Shown: one piece after another, positions 32,353 through 40,275 of the stretch
Layout of the letters: each line of letters starts with the position of its first letter
Numbering within the stretch: position 1 is the stretch's first letter
Virus record (IMG/VR): IMGVR_UViG_3300021344_000003
Location: 1-40,275 of that record
Origin: a virus
Lineage: Duplodnaviria; Caudoviricetes
Strand: one strand, 5' to 3'
Length of the DNA: 40,275 nucleotides
Translations under genes and position numbers: made by a program
Notes under the pieces: model-generated
Told to the model about the DNA's origin: nothing
Seen by the model: the letters and a program-made list of their open reading frames with translations, nothing else
Databases searched by the model: none

Positions 32353-33393
32353 ATGACGCCGGATCTTGACCATATTTACGTTGGAGATGCTTTGACCATC
32401 ATGCGGTCATGGCCGGATAATTTCATTCAGTGCTGCGTCACTTCACCGCCTTATTGGGGCTTACGCGATTATGGAATTGCCGGACAACTTGGGATGGAAC
32501 CAAGTCCTGAAGAATACGTAACGAAAATGGTTGAAGTGTTCCGAGAAGTAAAAAGGGTTTTACGTGACGATGCAACGTTCTGGCTGAATATCGGAGATAC
32601 TTTCGCCGATAGCGGTAAAGGAAGCTATGCAGGACCAAAGCAAGCGACAAATGTTGGGAGTGTCGGAATTAATCCATTTCCAATTCCATCAGGCTTAAAA
32701 TCAAAAGATTTAATCGGCATTCCTTGGCGGCTTGCTTTCGCGCTCCAATCTGACGGGTGGTATCTGAGGTCTGATGTAATATGGAGCAAAAACAATCCCA
32801 TGCCGGAAAGCGTTACGGATCGTCCGACAAAATCCCATGAGTACCTGTTTCTTCTAACTAAAAATCCGACCTATTATTATGACAACGACGCAATCAAAGA
32901 ACCCGCGATATATTTTGATTTAGCTGACGACGGCCCGAACAAAAGCCAGATATTCAGTCGAGATCATCCTGAAAGGGCGCAAAATCCGAAGGCTTTGTAT
33001 AAAGACGCTCGAAGTTATGAGGGTAAACATTCAGACAAACAACGCGGCCACGGCCGCCGCCATGCGGGTTTTAATGAACGGTGGGACGCAATGACGAAGA
33101 TTGAACAATGCCAAGGTATGCGAAATAAACGATCCGTGTGGACCGTTCCAACAATGGGATTTCCTGAAGCGCATTTCGCCACTTTTCCGCCAAACCTGAT
33201 TAAGCCTTGCGTCCTGGCCGGATCACGTCAAGGCGATATCGTCTTTGATCCTTTTATGGGAAGCGGAACCACTGCCCTTGTCGCACTGCAATATAATCGG
33301 AAATTCTTAGGAATCGAACTCAACCCGATCTACGTAGAAATGGCCTATAAACGTATCGCGGCGGAACAAGCACAGGTAAAAATGGCGATATGA
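32353..33393 (+). CDS. Orphan DNA methyltransferase, beta class (probably N4-cytosine)
   Basis: TSPPYW catalytic motif precedes the FDPFMGSGTT SAM-binding motif; HFATFP; no cognate restriction enzyme seen. Confidence 0.92.
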   Translation: MTPDLDHIYVGDALTIMRSWPDNFIQCCVTSPPYWGLRDYGIAGQLGMEPSPEEYVTKMVEVFREVKRVLRDDATFWLNIGDTFADSGKGSYAGPKQATNVGSVGINPFPIPSGLKSKDLIGIPWRLAFALQSDGWYLRSDVIWSKNNPMPESVTDRPTKSHEYLFLLTKNPTYYYDNDAIKEPAIYFDLADDGPNKSQIFSRDHPERAQNPKALYKDARSYEGKHSDKQRGHGRRHAGFNERWDAMTKIEQCQGMRNKRSVWTVPTMGFPEAHFATFPPNLIKPCVLAGSRQGDIVFDPFMGSGTTALVALQYNRKFLGIELNPIYVEMAYKRIAAEQAQVKMAI

Positions 33394-33532
33394 AAGGATA
33401 TTGAATTAACATGAGAATCCATCTTCAAGTCTTGATCGGTTTAATCTGCGCGATCATCGTCGGCTGGCATTGGTATCGGTGGTACGGCGTGGCGATGGCG
33501 GTGGCTGTCTATTGCTGGCGGCCATAATCCCA

Positions 33533-33748
33533 ATGGGAAAACCGGCCAATTATCGAGTCGTAGAGGATACGCCGAAAAAATTAGTCCTGGAAGATATAGG
33601 ACCATGGGACGAGCATTTTACGATTACAAACGACGCTGAAAATGTCGTTAATGAACTACGTGGAAGGCTTAACGGACGCAGATTATTCTATTACGATTCA
33701 GAAGGCGAGTTGACGGAAATTAATACGAATTTCATGCCATTCCCATAA
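33533..33748 (+). CDS. Hypothetical phage protein
   Basis: MGKPANY...LEDIG...TITNDAENVV...RRLFYYDSEG. Confidence 0.7.
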   Translation: MGKPANYRVVEDTPKKLVLEDIGPWDEHFTITNDAENVVNELRGRLNGRRLFYYDSEGELTEINTNFMPFP

Positions 33749-33877
33749 ATGAACTGCCCCAAATGTGGTGAGCCGATGGTTTTTGTAATCCGTCCATCTG
33801 GAAATAGACACGAGTGTACGGTTTGCTCTGTTGAATTTATTCCTGGGGATTCCCAGGCGGAGGGAAAGGAGAAATAA
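33749..33877 (+). CDS. 42-aa zinc-ribbon protein (below cutoff)
   Basis: MNCPKCGEPM...ECTVCSVEF. Confidence 0.6.
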   Translation: MNCPKCGEPMVFVIRPSGNRHECTVCSVEFIPGDSQAEGKEK

Positions 33878-33878
33878 T

Positions 33879-34376
33879 ATGATCGCTGAACTTTTCCTCT
33901 GCGCGGCTCTATCTCCCCGGCTCGCTTTTATCGGGTCGGCGAAACCCGCCGCGTTCCATGAGAGCTACGTCCTGTATATGATCCTGCCGGAACCAAATAA
34001 ACCCGCCCTGGAAATCCTCCCTTTTAACTCCGCCAAAGTGTTCCACATCATCGGTGAAATCCATGGATACGCCATGTTTCTGGAGCTTCAGCCGCATTAT
34101 CTTCCTTTCACCAAAGAGACATTCTCTGTGCTGATTAATTCCGAGCGCGAGAACCCCTATGCCGACGGCCTGCGCCGGGAACTGGGCATCAAAATGTCCT
34201 GGCGAATCGCGATGGCGATTGAATGGTTCAGCGTGCTGGAACCAAGCGGATGGCTCATCACGAACGCGGAAGATTATTTTGAAGTGGCGTTAAAGACGGC
34301 GGGATTTGTCCCGATCTCTATCCGGGTAGACGGTAAGAAAGTATTCGTTAAAAAAAGATTGGAGAGTTCGGCATGA
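33879..34376 (+). CDS. Hypothetical protein
   Basis: AAGGAG RBS before MIAELFLC. Confidence 0.7.
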   Translation: MIAELFLCAALSPRLAFIGSAKPAAFHESYVLYMILPEPNKPALEILPFNSAKVFHIIGEIHGYAMFLELQPHYLPFTKETFSVLINSERENPYADGLRRELGIKMSWRIAMAIEWFSVLEPSGWLITNAEDYFEVALKTAGFVPISIRVDGKKVFVKKRLESSA

Positions 34377-34533
34377 CGATTGACGGCCTCAGAATCGGCT
34401 GGCGGACTTCGCTTGTATTGATCGTGATCGGGCTGTTGAGTTATGAGACGGCGAAACATTGGCGGATCGGTGTTCCGCTGATCTGCGCCTGGATGATATT
34501 CTGCGTGGTGGATAACTGGCGGGCAAGAAAACT

Positions 34534-34689
34534 ATGAAAGTTTTGCTTTTAGCCTCAATGCTCCTATCCGGCTGCGGGAACCGAGAAGAAACGGTCTGGA
34601 CCACGACGATTCATAGGCCCGGCCAGGCGGACGAGATTAAAACTTACCGGGCTACTTCGCGGGGGTTTCGACCGCAGGAGAAGCAGTAA
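34534..34689 (+). CDS. 51-aa predicted lipoprotein (below cutoff)
   Basis: MKVLLLASMLLSG|CGNREE. Confidence 0.65.
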   Translation: MKVLLLASMLLSGCGNREETVWTTTIHRPGQADEIKTYRATSRGFRPQEKQ

Positions 34690-34789
34690 ATATCTGCGGG
34701 AGTTTTCTGGCCACAAAGGCTCCTATCATAAATGCTGAAATGCCAATGAAAAAAACTGCCAGGATGACCACTCCGTTTTCATTCTTCAT
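34652..34789 (-). CDS. 45-aa membrane protein, probable last gene of the late operon
   Basis: AAGGAG RBS; MKNENGVVILAVFFIGISAFMIGAFVARKLP... Confidence 0.6.
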   Translation of the reverse strand: MKNENGVVILAVFFIGISAFMIGAFVARKLPQIFTASPAVETPAK

Positions 34790-34824
34790 ACAGTCTCCTT
34801 TTTTAGTATACTTTCATTACTGCC

Positions 34825-35391
34825 ATGAAAAGGAAAAGGACATATGGAACATGTGAATGTGGGGGCCCCATATATGGTTACAAATCACCTCGTTGCCGTT
34901 CATGTTATTTCAAATTTAGAAAGGGGAAACCATACTTCCCTCTGGAAGAAAGATTTTTCAGACATGTAAATAAAACCCCGTATTGCTGGCAATGGACAGG
35001 CGCCTCACGTAAAGGCTCTTATGGTTATATCAGAATCAATGGACGACTACACAAAGTTAATCGCGTTGCCTGGGAACTTTTTAAGGGAAAAATTCCAGAT
35101 GGTAAATATGTACTTCATAAATGCGACAACACTAAATGCGTGAATCCTGAACATCTGTGGTTGGGAACGCAGAAAGAGAATATGGCAGACATGAAAGCTA
35201 AAGGACGCGCAAAATACGTTAATGGCGAAGATGCAGGCATGAGTAAATTAAATAACGCGAAGGTTCGTGCTATTAGAGCCTCCTACCCTAAAAAATCACT
35301 CAACGATTTGGGTCGAAAATTCAATGTATGCCTTACGACGATTCATAAAATAGTTAATCGCAAAACTTGGAAGCATGTCACAGCCAGTTAA
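34825..35391 (+). CDS. Free-standing HNH homing endonuclease
   Basis: CWQWTG, GYI, VLHKCDNTKCVNPEHLWLGTQKENMAD, C-terminal HTH-like tail; AT-rich, opposite strand to neighbours. Confidence 0.9.
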   Translation: MKRKRTYGTCECGGPIYGYKSPRCRSCYFKFRKGKPYFPLEERFFRHVNKTPYCWQWTGASRKGSYGYIRINGRLHKVNRVAWELFKGKIPDGKYVLHKCDNTKCVNPEHLWLGTQKENMADMKAKGRAKYVNGEDAGMSKLNNAKVRAIRASYPKKSLNDLGRKFNVCLTTIHKIVNRKTWKHVTAS

Positions 35392-35629
35392 GTCCCGGCC
35401 ATTTAAGCCGCGCCCAGTCATGAATGCACTCTAATATTGCCGCCGTCAGTCCGCCGATCACCATTTGAAGCTGTACTATCTGATCCGGCGTCATGCGAGA
35501 TCCGACAGCCTTGAGCTTTCCCATGGTCAAGATTGCCGCTGCAAATTTCGCCGCCATGTAGCACACCTTCTTGATTGCCACAGAAAATTTCCAATCAGCA
35601 GGTAAAAGCTTCCAGAGCCAATTCATCAT
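35378..35629 (-). CDS. Probable holin/membrane protein
   Basis: GGGAGG RBS; two moderately hydrophobic helices; follows the endolysin candidate. Confidence 0.45.
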   Translation of the reverse strand: MMNWLWKLLPADWKFSVAIKKVCYMAAKFAAAILTMGKLKAVGSRMTPDQIVQLQMVIGGLTAAILECIHDWARLKWPGLNWL

Positions 35630-35644
35630 AACGCCTCCCTTGAG

Positions 35645-36103
35645 CTAAAGACTATTCCGCCAAGCCCAAAAACGCGGCATATCGGCGAAAGCCCAGCTAA
35701 GACTTTTTCCTATAAAAACTTCCTTCCCTACGGAGGCCACGCTTGGCACGACTCCCCACCTTCCGGAAGTTTTCTCTTTGCCGGGAACACAAACACAAAC
35801 GTGACCATGCGGTTCAGCTTTCAACCCAGCAATCACTAAAGACCCCTGATTCGCCAGGAACTGCGCTTTATCAATTCCAGTCAGGCTCCATGCCGGAGAA
35901 GAGACCATTAAATCAATCATCTGGTTTGCTAGGAGTCCCTCGAATTCTTTGTATCCGAAAATCTGGCAGACCTCGTTAACGTAAGTGTTGCAACATGATA
36001 TGTGTTCTATGTGGCCATTGGCATTCTTCACTTCACGCGGCTGATACTCCGGCCTGCACAACGGCAAGTGAATCGCGTCCAAAAGCAGTAGGATATCTTT
36101 CAT
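35645..36103 (-). CDS. Probable endolysin (CHAP/NlpC-P60-like Cys-His hydrolase)
   Basis: Start MKDILL by ATGA coupling; CCNTYV...LANQM...AQ.LANQG..VIAG...HGHV; position in the lysis region. Confidence 0.55.
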   Translation of the reverse strand: MKDILLLLDAIHLPLCRPEYQPREVKNANGHIEHISCCNTYVNEVCQIFGYKEFEGLLANQMIDLMVSSPAWSLTGIDKAQFLANQGSLVIAGLKAEPHGHVCVCVPGKEKTSGRWGVVPSVASVGKEVFIGKSLSWAFADMPRFWAWRNSL

Positions 36104-36288
36104 GCTTTCTTCGCCGCCGAGCCACCCGAACCAACCCCGGTAGAACCATCCAAACCAAACGGGTCTGGTGAATTTCGTGAGTATCCGCATTGGCACGTCA
36201 GCCTGTAAACTCCCCCGCCCCATTTCTGGCTCTGCATTAGTTGTCCGCAAGTCGGACAAACGGCCCGTGACCACCAGGTATCGCTCAC
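36100..36288 (-). CDS. Small zinc-ribbon protein
   Basis: GTG start overlapping the upstream stop; CPTCG...CQCGY. Confidence 0.5.
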   Translation of the reverse strand: MSDTWWSRAVCPTCGQLMQSQKWGGGVYRLTCQCGYSRNSPDPFGLDGSTGVGSGGSAAKKA

Positions 36289-36662
36289 CGGACCCTGCCA
36301 GATGTCTTTGGTGGTCCCGCTACAACCGCCATTTTTTGCGGGATGAACCGTAGTATCCAAGCGTCATAGAGCGGCGATACGATCTTGACCAGAATAAACC
36401 CCGCGATTCCTAAAGTCCCAAACAACTTCGCCATATCTTTAATCAGGTTCCGGTTCTGCTCTAAGAGTCCGGCGGATTCGGACTTGTACCCCCAAATCAC
36501 TTTCTCAATGGATTCCAGCCTCGCTGAGTGGTCATGGAACCCGATTCGCATACTTTCAGCCATAGTCTCAAGCTTGACCTTGATTTCGGCCTGGGCGCCT
36601 ACTACTGTGAATTTAAACGCCTCATCGGTTATTTTGCCATGCAATTCACTGTCAGCGGCCAT
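36285..36662 (-). CDS. Coiled-coil plus transmembrane protein (lysis region)
   Basis: RLESIEK coiled coil, then LFGTLGIAGFILVKIV. Confidence 0.6.
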   Translation of the reverse strand: MAADSELHGKITDEAFKFTVVGAQAEIKVKLETMAESMRIGFHDHSARLESIEKVIWGYKSESAGLLEQNRNLIKDMAKLFGTLGIAGFILVKIVSPLYDAWILRFIPQKMAVVAGPPKTSGRVR

Positions 36663-36969
36663 GGCGACTTATCACCAAGACGACTAAGAGTCCTACAACG
36701 AATATCGCAGTAAAGAAGAAATTGGCCTTGAGCACCTGCGTCGCGTAGTTGTACCACTGGGGCGCTTCCGTAACGAGCATGGTGGTTTTTTGAGTCTGCC
36801 ATGAAATGACAAAACAGCCGTCTTTAATGAGGTTTGTGGATACCGGGATCAATCCTGACTTGGCGGGTTTTTCAATCGAGAAACAAGCGCTCTGGCCGGG
36901 AGCTAAGTTCTTGATGGGAGCCGTCATCTCCGCTCGCAGTTCGTCGTGGCGTTTAGGGCTTGGAGCCAT
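36652..36969 (-). CDS. Membrane-anchored hypothetical protein
   Basis: GGAGG RBS; C-terminal TM FFFTAIFVVGLLVVLVI. Confidence 0.65.
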   Translation of the reverse strand: MAPSPKRHDELRAEMTAPIKNLAPGQSACFSIEKPAKSGLIPVSTNLIKDGCFVISWQTQKTTMLVTEAPQWYNYATQVLKANFFFTAIFVVGLLVVLVISRHGR

Positions 36970-36983
36970 GAGGCGATTGCCTC
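36970..36983. promoter_or_regulatory. GAGGCGATTGCCTC motif, copy 4, covering an RBS
   Basis: Minus strand reads taGGAGGCAATCGCCTC-ATG. Confidence 0.6.
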
Positions 36984-37169
36984 CTATTCATACCGCCACC
37001 GCTGATTTAACGGGTCATACCGTTTCGGCCTAAGCCTCTTGCCGAACTGTTTATCGAGGCTCTTTTCGACTTTCACGCTCCTCATTTTAAGCCAACGCAT
37101 CTGTGTGTTAAAGAGCCCTTTGAGTTTATTCGATTGCGGCTTTATCCAATCCTTAATGCACGGTTTCAT
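36984..37169 (-). CDS. Small basic protein
   Basis: Likely start MKPCIKDW just after motif copy 5. Confidence 0.5.
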   Translation of the reverse strand: MKPCIKDWIKPQSNKLKGLFNTQMRWLKMRSVKVEKSLDKQFGKRLRPKRYDPLNQRWRYE

Positions 37170-37170
37170 A

Positions 37171-37184
37171 GAGGCGATTGCCTC
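37171..37184. promoter_or_regulatory. GAGGCGATTGCCTC motif, copy 5, covering an RBS
   Basis: Minus strand reads GAGGCAATCGCCTC-t-ATG. Confidence 0.6.
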
Positions 37185-37192
37185 ATAAATTG

Positions 37193-37225
37193 GCCCGCAG
37201 CCGAATGGTGTCAAGCACTGCGGGC
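37193..37225. terminator. Intergenic hairpin (possible terminator)
   Basis: GCCCGCAG...CTGCGGGC, 17-nt loop, AT-rich flanks but no clear U-tract. Confidence 0.3.
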
Positions 37226-37231
37226 TTAAAT

Positions 37232-37546
37232 TTAAGGCGTCGGCGGATTGACCTTATCGAGTTCCGCCTGCACGTCCGCGTTGTCGCCTTTAAGAGCGGT
37301 CGTGATGTTCGTCACTTCGTCAAAGAGCGGCTGTAAGTCCGCCGAAGGAGCAGGGACCGCCGCAATTAACTTCTCTACCGCCGCAATCAAGTTCTTGGTT
37401 TCTTCCAACTGCTCCGCTACGGCGTCTTTTAAATCTTTCACCGCCGCCATCGTCTCTTCAAGATTCTTAGCCATTTGTCGTACCCCCTTTATTAGTTTGT
37501 TCAGCAGTTTCTCATGGACTTCAAACTTCGTCCTAGTCCTGCCCAT
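37232..37546 (-). CDS. Coiled-coil hypothetical protein (alternative start MAKNLEE)
   Basis: Ala/Glu/Lys helical protein ending NPPTP. Confidence 0.65.
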   Translation of the reverse strand: MGRTRTKFEVHEKLLNKLIKGVRQMAKNLEETMAAVKDLKDAVAEQLEETKNLIAAVEKLIAAVPAPSADLQPLFDEVTNITTALKGDNADVQAELDKVNPPTP

Positions 37547-37874
37547 CTTCTTCCTTCTTGATCTTCTTAACGGTCACCGTTATTTTCTTGTCGCCTAAAA
37601 CCATCTCAACCAAACCATCGGTTTTCTCCGTATCGAAATCATTGGCCTTGAGGTCGGCGGTTCCTAGAAGTGACGCGAGGTCCGATACTTCGTTAGCCGT
37701 CATCGTCACCATATCGTCAACAATGTCATGCTTCAATCTTACTTTCCCAATATTTGCCATCGTCTCCTCCGTTTCATCGCTGTAAACTTTTGATTCAGGC
37801 TCGTCATTATACACGGTTGCCTGAACTGGAAGCATCGCCAAACCCATCAAGCCTATAAGGATTTGTAGTCTCAT
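37533..37874 (-). CDS. Acidic protein with signal peptide
   Basis: MRLQILIGLMGLAMLPVQA|TVY. Confidence 0.65.
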   Translation of the reverse strand: MRLQILIGLMGLAMLPVQATVYNDEPESKVYSDETEETMANIGKVRLKHDIVDDMVTMTANEVSDLASLLGTADLKANDFDTEKTDGLVEMVLGDKKITVTVKKIKKEEDGQD

Positions 37875-37876
37875 GG

Positions 37877-38122
37877 CTAAGGCAAAAGTTGGAACTTTGT
37901 CTGAAGCGACGCCTTCAAAGCGTCATATTGCGCCAGGAGCGACGCCTGCTGGCCGGAAGTGACGTTGACTAAGATCGGAGTCCCCTCCGGGCCAACATCG
38001 ATCTGCCATCCTTTACCCGCCATCACCTGCACCTTCTGCATGAAAATCCGCAGGTTGTTCAATATCTCCATCGCCTCCTGGATCGTGTTTATGGCTTGTG
38101 GAATCTGCCCGGCTGAAACCAT
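37877..38122 (-). CDS. Hypothetical protein downstream of the fibre (possible chaperone)
   Basis: AGGAG RBS; 81 aa. Confidence 0.65.
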   Translation of the reverse strand: MVSAGQIPQAINTIQEAMEILNNLRIFMQKVQVMAGKGWQIDVGPEGTPILVNVTSGQQASLLAQYDALKASLQTKFQLLP

Positions 38123-38131
38123 AGCTTTCTC

Positions 38132-40275
38132 CTATCGCATTCTTCTGGCTGATAAACGTCCTCTAAATGTCGGGGTAGTGCCTGAATAAGCGGCGTATAT
38201 TTTCATGTAGACCGTCGTCGTTCCGCTCAACGACATCCGGTAGGCCGGGATAACCTGATCGACCCTGAATGTCGAAGTCACGTCACCAAAAACAAAGTTA
38301 CTGCCGGTAACTAACCCCGTACTGCTATTACCGGAAGTAACGCTGATTCCAACACCGACCAATGTGACCAGAGCAGTAGTACCGGAATTGGCGTAGCATA
38401 AAGCAGTTACGTCCCAATCCCCGGCAGTCAAACTTATGGAAGTGCCGTCTGAATACTGGCTGGCCGTTCCATAATTCGTATCACCTGAAACGACCGATTC
38501 CACGTATTCTCCGACATTACCAGCCGTCGTATTGTCGTTGGTTGTAGTGCCTTTAATGCCGTTAGTCGTCGGGCTGAATATTAACGGGTAATTGAACGTT
38601 TCGCCATTGGGATCAAAAGTAGCGATGGTATTCAATGAAGCGTTATTAACCGTAGAACTCTTTACCGCGAATTGCCCGCCACCATCAGCAGAGATCAACT
38701 CAATTTGCGCCGCGCCTTGGCCGGTTTTCGTATAAACGCCCGTCGTTGGATCGCGGTTAGTTCCGAGATAAAGACGAGCGCCGGCAGCGGCATTATTTTG
38801 CGCGATAAAATTAGTTTGTCCGTTGGTCGTGTCAGTAGAAGTCACAAGTTTGGCTAAAGCGGCAGTAGGAGCCACCACTACTTCTCCTAATACCGTCATT
38901 GAAGAGCGAAATAACGATTTGCCATTCACGTCCAGCGTATTTTGCGGCGTCCCCGTCGAGATGCCGACTTTACCGGTCACGACCAAATCCGATACAATTG
39001 ATTCACTCTGTCCGATCTGTAAAGTGTTGGCTTTCTTCCGGCAAATATAACTATCGCTAAGCCAATGGATGCATTGAAGATCACTCATGATAAGAGCCCA
39101 ATCAACATTTAAATTGGCATTGCCATCTATGAGAACTCCCCTTGATCCATTAGCGGCCAGTCCCAACTGAGTTGGGAAAGCCGCATAAATGCCGGTCCCT
39201 ACTCCAACGCTAACAGCCGGAGAAGCCGCCGTTCCCGCCGATCTAACGATCACGCTTCCATTCACGTCTAAAGCCGCCTGCGGAGCGCCCGTCGAAATGC
39301 CGACATAACCGGACGAACTGATCCGTACCGTCTCTACATTGTTTGCATAGAACCTAACGGTTTTAGAGTTATTCGCGCTGCCCATTCCGGTCGTATCATC
39401 ATTCTTAAATGCGTAAGTAGCTCCGCTCGCGGTTCCGGTTAATTTCCAAGCGCCATTAGTAGCTTGCTGAACATATCCGCCGTTAATCGTCAGTCCATTA
39501 TCAGAACTCGGACTAAGAGTCATGATTGTAGGGCTATTAGTCATACTGAGATTACCCGCAATCGTTCCCGAGGCAGCCGTGAAGGTGGACATTGTGACGT
39601 ACTGCAACGTCGAGGTGCTGGTCGCCGTCAAGGTGCTCACAGAGATTCCTTTACCGGCATTAAAAGTTCCCGTAGAGGGATAATTCCAATAGTTCGTTGA
39701 TCCTAAAATCATGGCATAAGTCGCCGTTGCGGATGAAGTCGTTAATAAACCGCTCGTATCGACGACCGGCGGGCTGGATACCTGGATCGTGCCGTTGGGG
39801 AACTTGATCGAACCGGCGCTCAACTGGCCGCTTACCGTCCCGCTAGAGGCTGTAAAAATAGACAATGTCGTGGAAGATATAAACGTGTTTCCGCCAGTGA
39901 ATACTTGAGTCGATGTTGAAAATAGGTCAGCGGCCCTGGATTGCTGCGACCCGTTCGGGAACTGAACAACTTGCCCACCCTGCATAGACAGACCAGTGTC
40001 CGGCGATAAAAGCGTCAATTGGCCTGGGTTGAAATTTGAATAGAGCGTTAAGGAACCTTCACAGGAACCGCTTGCCGTTCCCAATGTCGCGTCGCCTCCG
40101 GAAAAATGACCGCAAGCTCCGTTTGATCCTTTAACGAAATTAATGTCGGCAATCGACGCGCTGGAAGCAGTGACGGTGGAAGCGGAAACAAGACCCGTAA
40201 TGGACGCACTGGAAGCGTTCAAGGGCCCATTAATCGTAACGACCGTTGAGCCTGCGCCGTTATCGCCGACCGACA
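38132..40275 (-). CDS. 3' part of the giant tail fibre/adhesin
   Basis: Frame open to the window edge; VGISTGxPQxxLDVNG repeated twice; C-terminal GTTTNDNTTAGNVGE...SISLTAGDWDV...ARRMR, a common phage fibre tip domain. Confidence 0.85.
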   Translation of the reverse strand, partial: SVGDNGAGSTVVTINGPLNASSASITGLVSASTVTASSASIADINFVKGSNGACGHFSGGDATLGTASGSCEGSLTLYSNFNPGQLTLLSPDTGLSMQGGQVVQFPNGSQQSRAADLFSTSTQVFTGGNTFISSTTLSIFTASSGTVSGQLSAGSIKFPNGTIQVSSPPVVDTSGLLTTSSATATYAMILGSTNYWNYPSTGTFNAGKGISVSTLTATSTSTLQYVTMSTFTAASGTIAGNLSMTNSPTIMTLSPSSDNGLTINGGYVQQATNGAWKLTGTASGATYAFKNDDTTGMGSANNSKTVRFYANNVETVRISSSGYVGISTGAPQAALDVNGSVIVRSAGTAASPAVSVGVGTGIYAAFPTQLGLAANGSRGVLIDGNANLNVDWALIMSDLQCIHWLSDSYICRKKANTLQIGQSESIVSDLVVTGKVGISTGTPQNTLDVNGKSLFRSSMTVLGEVVVAPTAALAKLVTSTDTTNGQTNFIAQNNAAAGARLYLGTNRDPTTGVYTKTGQGAAQIELISADGGGQFAVKSSTVNNASLNTIATFDPNGETFNYPLIFSPTTNGIKGTTTNDNTTAGNVGEYVESVVSGDTNYGTASQYSDGTSISLTAGDWDVTALCYANSGTTALVTLVGVGISVTSGNSSTGLVTGSNFVFGDVTSTFRVDQVIPAYRMSLSGTTTVYMKIYAAYSGTTPTFRGRLSARRMR
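40104..40275. repeat. Right copy of 172-bp terminal direct repeat
   Basis: Matches 1..172 with 3 substitutions. Confidence 0.95.

Noticed and set aside
34652-34789. MKNENG|VVIL as a type IV prepilin
   Set aside because: Has Gly before the hydrophobic run but lacks Phe+1 and Glu+5; too weak to call.
40104-40275. Mismatched end repeats as a DGR template/variable repeat pair
   Set aside because: Only three differences, one not at adenine on the coding strand; no reverse transcriptase; the repeat is mid-gene rather than at a C-terminal variable domain.
1-40275. Stop-codon reassignment
   Set aside because: Core genes are full length and tightly coupled under the standard code, and TAA, TAG and TGA all end genes.

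Overview
The window is an essentially complete ~40.1 kb tailed-phage genome with podovirus-like organisation. Its ends overlap by an imperfect 172-bp direct repeat that falls inside a ~1,640-aa fibre/adhesin gene, whose 5' half is missing from the ORF track. The minus strand carries the late genes: TerS-like, TerL, portal, scaffold, major capsid, adaptor, nozzle, probable ejection proteins, a GT2 glycosyltransferase, fibres and a lysis region. The plus strand carries primase-polymerase and a DUF3987-like helicase, a candidate origin, an RHH regulator, a RecT/SSB/exonuclease module, many small early genes, a DNA methyltransferase and an HNH endonuclease. No integrase, tRNA, CRISPR array or reverse transcriptase was recognised. 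Most notable: (1) five late-module proteins, including both fibres, have Sec-type signal peptides and four of them paired cysteines; (2) a structured non-coding RNA precedes a TIR-like protein lacking the catalytic Glu and an Acb2/Tad1-like gene; (3) several tandem arrays and dispersed motifs, including a 14-bp GAGGCGATTGCCTC palindrome present five times and two clusters of GATGTTACC boxes. All family assignments are by eye from motifs and synteny; no searches were run.
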